A stretch of 29,921 nucleotides of DNA from Polyangia bacterium (GTDB lineage Bacteria > Myxococcota_A > Polyangia > JAAYKL01): contig JBNKCR010000064.1 of assembly GCA_050287845.1 (NCBI GenBank), positions 1 to 29,921 of the forward strand. Reading direction: 5' to 3'. Below the pieces are notes generated by a model. It saw only the letters and a program-made list of their open reading frames with translations, ran no database searches and was not told the origin of the DNA. Below, piece by piece: positions 26,338 to 29,921 of this stretch; the stretch's first letter is position 1; every line of letters begins with the position of its first letter. Position numbers and translations under genes: made by a program.

Positions 26338-29300
26338 CAGACATATATTCCCCTGTGGTGCAAAAGTAATTTTTCGTTTCTCGAAGGGGCCAGTCACCCG
26401 GAGGAACTGGTGGAAGAAGCGCACCGTCTCGGGCTTTTGGCCATTGCCATTACCGACATCGATGGGGTGTATGGCATTGTTCGGGCCCATGTGCGGGCAA
26501 AGGCCCTCGGGGTGCAACTCATTATCGGATCCCAGGTGACCCTTGCCGATCACTCCCGGTTGGTCCTGCTGGTCCGGGACCATGTGGGATATCAGAACCT
26601 GTGCCGTATCATCAGCAAAGGCCGGCTGGAACACCCCAAGGGCAGCTGCGCCGTTTCCCTCGGAACCGTCTGCAAGCATGCGGAAGGACTCACTGTACTG
26701 CGTCCGCCACCGCCGCCCGGCAATCACAACCGGGAACTCGACATGCTGAGCCGTCTGAAAAAAGCCTCTGGCGGACACTGCTATCTGCTGTTGCCAAGGC
26801 ACCGGACCGCGGAGGAAGTAAAAATCAATGCACAGCAGGCGGAGCGCGCCAGAACACTCAACGTGCCGCTCGCGGCGGTAACAGAGGTTCTCTACCACAC
26901 CCGGGCCAGGCGCCCGCTCCAGGATGTGCTGACCTGTATCCGCCATGGAACGCCCCTCTCACAGGCCCGGCAGAAGCTCAGAAGCAACAGCGAATACCAT
27001 CTGCAAAGCGTGGCGGCATTCATCACCCTGTTTGCCGACATACCGGAAGCTATTCTCGCCACCGGCACCATTGCAAAACAATGCCACTTCAACCTCGACC
27101 ACCTCAACTACCGGTATCCCTCCGAAGTGGGTCAGTCGGGCATTTCATCCTTTGATCGCCTGCGTATTCTCACCTTTGAAGGGGCAAAAAAAAGGTACAA
27201 CAACCACATTCCCCAGAATACCGTTGCCCAGCTCAACGAGGAACTGTCCCTCATTAACGAACTGGACTACCCCGGATATTTTTTAACCATGTATGAAATT
27301 GTGGAGTTCTGTAAACAGCAGAACATTCTTTGCCAGGGCAGAGGGTCCGCCGCCAACTCCGCAGTCTGTTTCTGTCTGGGCATCACCGCCATCGATCCCG
27401 TTAAGATGAATCTGCTGTTCGAGCGCTTCATTTCCAGGGAACGCAACGAGCCGCCGGACATTGATCTGGACATCGAACACAACCGGCGGGAAGAGGTGAT
27501 TCAGCACGTGTACGAACGCTACGGACGCAGTCACGCCGCCATGGTGGCGGTGGTGGTGCGGTATCGACCGAGGTCTGCCGTACGCGATGTGGGCAAGGCG
27601 CTGGGCATCGATGATATTTCTCTGGGACGTCTTTCCAAACTGCTCTCCCGCTATGGCACGCTGGATGCCGAGTCCATGAACACCGCCGGATTTCCCCTGG
27701 CCGCACCGCTCTACCAGCGGCTCTACCAGCTGACCAATGAACTGGTGGATTTTCCCCGCCACCTGTCCATTCACCCCGGCGGATTCATTCTGGGCAGCGA
27801 TCCCATTCACACCCTGGTGCCCGTTGAAAATGCCACCATGCCGGGCCGGACAGTCATTCAATGGGACAAGGACGATGTGGAAACCCTGGGTCTGTTCAAG
27901 GTGGATTTGCTCGGTCTCGGCGCCCTCAATCATCTGCACAACTGTTTCGATCTGTTGCGGGAAACCCGTCAGGTTCATCTCACTATGGCCACCATTCCCC
28001 AGGATGACGCCACATATGAGATGATCCAGAAAGGCGACACCATCGGTGTGTTTCAGATTGAAAGCCGGGCCCAGATGAGCATGCTGCCCAGGCTTCGGCC
28101 CAGAACCTTTTACGATCTGGTCATTCAAATCAGCATTGTTCGCCCGGGACCCATTACCGGCGGCATGGTTCATCCGTATCTGGCCAGACGCAACGGCGAG
28201 GAAGCCGTGACCTACCCGCACCCGTCCCTGGAACCGGTGCTTAAAAAAACCCTGGGCATTCCGCTTTTTCAGGAACAGGTCATGAAAATCGCCATCATCG
28301 CCGCCGACTATACCCCGGGCGAAGCGGACCAGCTGCGACGGGACATGGCCGCATGGAAGAAGTCGGGCCGCATCGACCGGCACCGGGAGCGCCTGATTTC
28401 GCGCATGGAAAAAAAAGGCATTGCACGCGAATTTGCCGAGCGGGTGTTTGAACAGATACGCGGTTTTGGCGAATACGGATTTCCCGAAAGTCACGCCGCC
28501 AGTTTTGCCCTCATCAGTTATGGGGCGGCATATCTGCGCAAACATTATCCGGCGGAGTTTTCGTGTGCCCTGCTCAACGCGTTACCCATGGGATTCTACA
28601 TGCCGTCCACCATTGTGGAAGACGCCAGACGAAACGGGGTGACCGTGTATCGGGTCAACGTGAAAAAGAGCATGTGGTTCTGTTCGGTCCCTTTACAGAA
28701 CACCATTCAGATGGGCCTGCGGCATATCAGGGGTATTGGCGAAGAACACTTCAGTAAAATCTTCGCCGCGCGAAAACAGACGCCATTCAAACACATCGAC
28801 GACTTTTTCAAACGCACCGCATTGCCTGCCCATGTGCAGAAACAACTGGCGCTGGCCGGGGCCCTCGATTGTTTTGATCCCAACCGGCGCAGCGCCCTGT
28901 GGCAGGGACTCGGCGTGCATGCCTCCGCCGCAGATGCCAACACGGCGATGACGCTGCCCGACAGTCATCGGCATCTGGCGTTTGCTGACATCAATCGCTT
29001 CGATACCATCGGATGGGACTACGACATCACCGGGCACAGCACCGCCGGCCACCCCCTCAGCCTGTTTCGCGACATTCTGAGAAAACACAGAATCCCCACC
29101 GCAGAAGAAGTCTTTCGTTTGAAGGACAAACAGATTCACTATGTGGGCATGGTCATCTGCCGGCAACGGCCCTCCACCGCAGCCGGAGTGGTCTTCATGA
29201 CCCTCGAAGACGAAACCGGATTTGTAAACCTGATTTGCTTCAAAGACATCTTTGAAAAATACAAACTCATCGCCAAAACCACCCCCATCCTCGGCGTCAC

Positions 29301-29406
29301 CGGCACCGTCCAATACCAGGACGGCGTGGCCCACCTCATCGCCCAAACCCTGTGGAAACCCAACCTCAAAGAACCCGCCACCACCCCCAGTCGCGATTTC
29401 AAGTAG
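26326..29406 (+). CDS. dnaE2: Error-prone DNA polymerase DnaE2 (ImuC)
   Basis: SNFSFLEGASHPEEL, CQGRGSAANS, EPPDIDLD, FPRHLSIHPGG, IQWDKDD, GFPESHAASFA and C-terminal SRDF. Confidence 0.96.
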   Translation: MYGIQTYIPLWCKSNFSFLEGASHPEELVEEAHRLGLLAIAITDIDGVYGIVRAHVRAKALGVQLIIGSQVTLADHSRLVLLVRDHVGYQNLCRIISKGRLEHPKGSCAVSLGTVCKHAEGLTVLRPPPPPGNHNRELDMLSRLKKASGGHCYLLLPRHRTAEEVKINAQQAERARTLNVPLAAVTEVLYHTRARRPLQDVLTCIRHGTPLSQARQKLRSNSEYHLQSVAAFITLFADIPEAILATGTIAKQCHFNLDHLNYRYPSEVGQSGISSFDRLRILTFEGAKKRYNNHIPQNTVAQLNEELSLINELDYPGYFLTMYEIVEFCKQQNILCQGRGSAANSAVCFCLGITAIDPVKMNLLFERFISRERNEPPDIDLDIEHNRREEVIQHVYERYGRSHAAMVAVVVRYRPRSAVRDVGKALGIDDISLGRLSKLLSRYGTLDAESMNTAGFPLAAPLYQRLYQLTNELVDFPRHLSIHPGGFILGSDPIHTLVPVENATMPGRTVIQWDKDDVETLGLFKVDLLGLGALNHLHNCFDLLRETRQVHLTMATIPQDDATYEMIQKGDTIGVFQIESRAQMSMLPRLRPRTFYDLVIQISIVRPGPITGGMVHPYLARRNGEEAVTYPHPSLEPVLKKTLGIPLFQEQVMKIAIIAADYTPGEADQLRRDMAAWKKSGRIDRHRERLISRMEKKGIAREFAERVFEQIRGFGEYGFPESHAASFALISYGAAYLRKHYPAEFSCALLNALPMGFYMPSTIVEDARRNGVTVYRVNVKKSMWFCSVPLQNTIQMGLRHIRGIGEEHFSKIFAARKQTPFKHIDDFFKRTALPAHVQKQLALAGALDCFDPNRRSALWQGLGVHASAADANTAMTLPDSHRHLAFADINRFDTIGWDYDITGHSTAGHPLSLFRDILRKHRIPTAEEVFRLKDKQIHYVGMVICRQRPSTAAGVVFMTLEDETGFVNLICFKDIFEKYKLIAKTTPILGVTGTVQYQDGVAHLIAQTLWKPNLKEPATTPSRDFK

Positions 29407-29433
29407 CGACTACGCAACCTCTGAAACTGTAAC

Positions 29434-29516
29434 GCGTAAGGGGACGGAGCAACAATTAGCGGCGGGCCGTGGAAGGCGTAAGGGGACGGAGCAACAATTA
29501 GTGGCGGGCTGTGGAA
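29434..29516. repeat. 42-bp tandem repeat x2 downstream of dnaE2
   Basis: GCGTAAGGGGACGGAGCAACAATTAG(C/T)GGCGGGC(C/T)GTGGAA at 29434 and 29476. Confidence 0.9.
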
Positions 29517-29773
29517 TTTGAGGCTCGAGTGTGTTGTTCTGGATGATGTCAACCGACACCGTCGAATTAATCCAAAAAAAATGCCGATATTTTTAAAATT
29601 TCGATTCGAACTTCTGAATGTTTTATTTGAACTATGATTAATTTATGATTGGTATGAAATTTTTTACACTACCCAGCACCCAGCACTGCCTCACGGGTAC
29701 TTTCCGGGAAGGGGTATTCGTATAAGGTAGTTCCGGATTGGCATCGATGTGCGCGGAATGAATGAGCGGACGC

Positions 29774-29921
29774 TCAGTCTGGACCGGTGCGTTCCTGTGC
29801 TCGGCTCAGAAGATCATAAATACATTGGCTGCCGGTTTCATACATGGACAAATCGATAACGTCTTCATCCGGTGCGTCGTCAAGCAGATGATGGCGCCGC
29901 AGATAGGCATCCATGAGCGAG
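29774..29921 (-). CDS. Possible 3' end of a gene entering from the right edge
   Basis: Open frame SLMDAYLRRHHLLDDAPDEDVIDLSMYETGSQCIYDLLSRAQERTGPD*. No family recognised. Confidence 0.4.
   Translation of the reverse strand, partial: SLMDAYLRRHHLLDDAPDEDVIDLSMYETGSQCIYDLLSRAQERTGPD

Noticed and set aside
27283..28545. 420-aa antisense ORF (similarly 11575-12543 and 19834-20655)
   Set aside because: These lie antisense to well-supported genes, have no recognisable motifs, and are expected in GC-rich coding DNA.

Overview
Bacterial chromosomal window. The gene families (Asp-Thr-repeat lipoproteins, a TPR/PEGA plus Cys-rich lipoprotein pair, DnaE2) point to a Myxococcota/deltaproteobacterial genome, which is an inference. 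Housekeeping genes (trpS, adenosine deaminase, cyclophilin, acyltransferase, Smr protein, Tex-like S1 protein, a histidine kinase, dnaE2) are interleaved with many secreted or lipoprotein genes. There is also an IS91/ISCR-type transposase remnant and an Rpn (YhgA-like) nuclease. No rRNA, tRNA or CRISPR array was seen. Main signals: (1) two separate loci where surface-protein cargo with its own sigma70-like promoter sits, in opposite orientation, between two diverged copies of a gene 3' end, and the similarity stops at the stop codon; (2) a perfect 24-bp palindrome centred on the dnaE2 start codon; (3) an Rpn gene with an internal promoter, RBS and in-frame ATG, as expected for a nested antitoxin; (4) a TrpRS with an ~80-aa insertion and a 4Fe-4S-type Cys motif; (5) a Tex paralogue missing its HhH region; (6) a lipoprotein with 11 regular C-x5-C-x5-C-x10-C repeats. 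Start codons were re-chosen by eye from RBS and signal-peptide evidence, and family calls come from motif recognition, not database searches.
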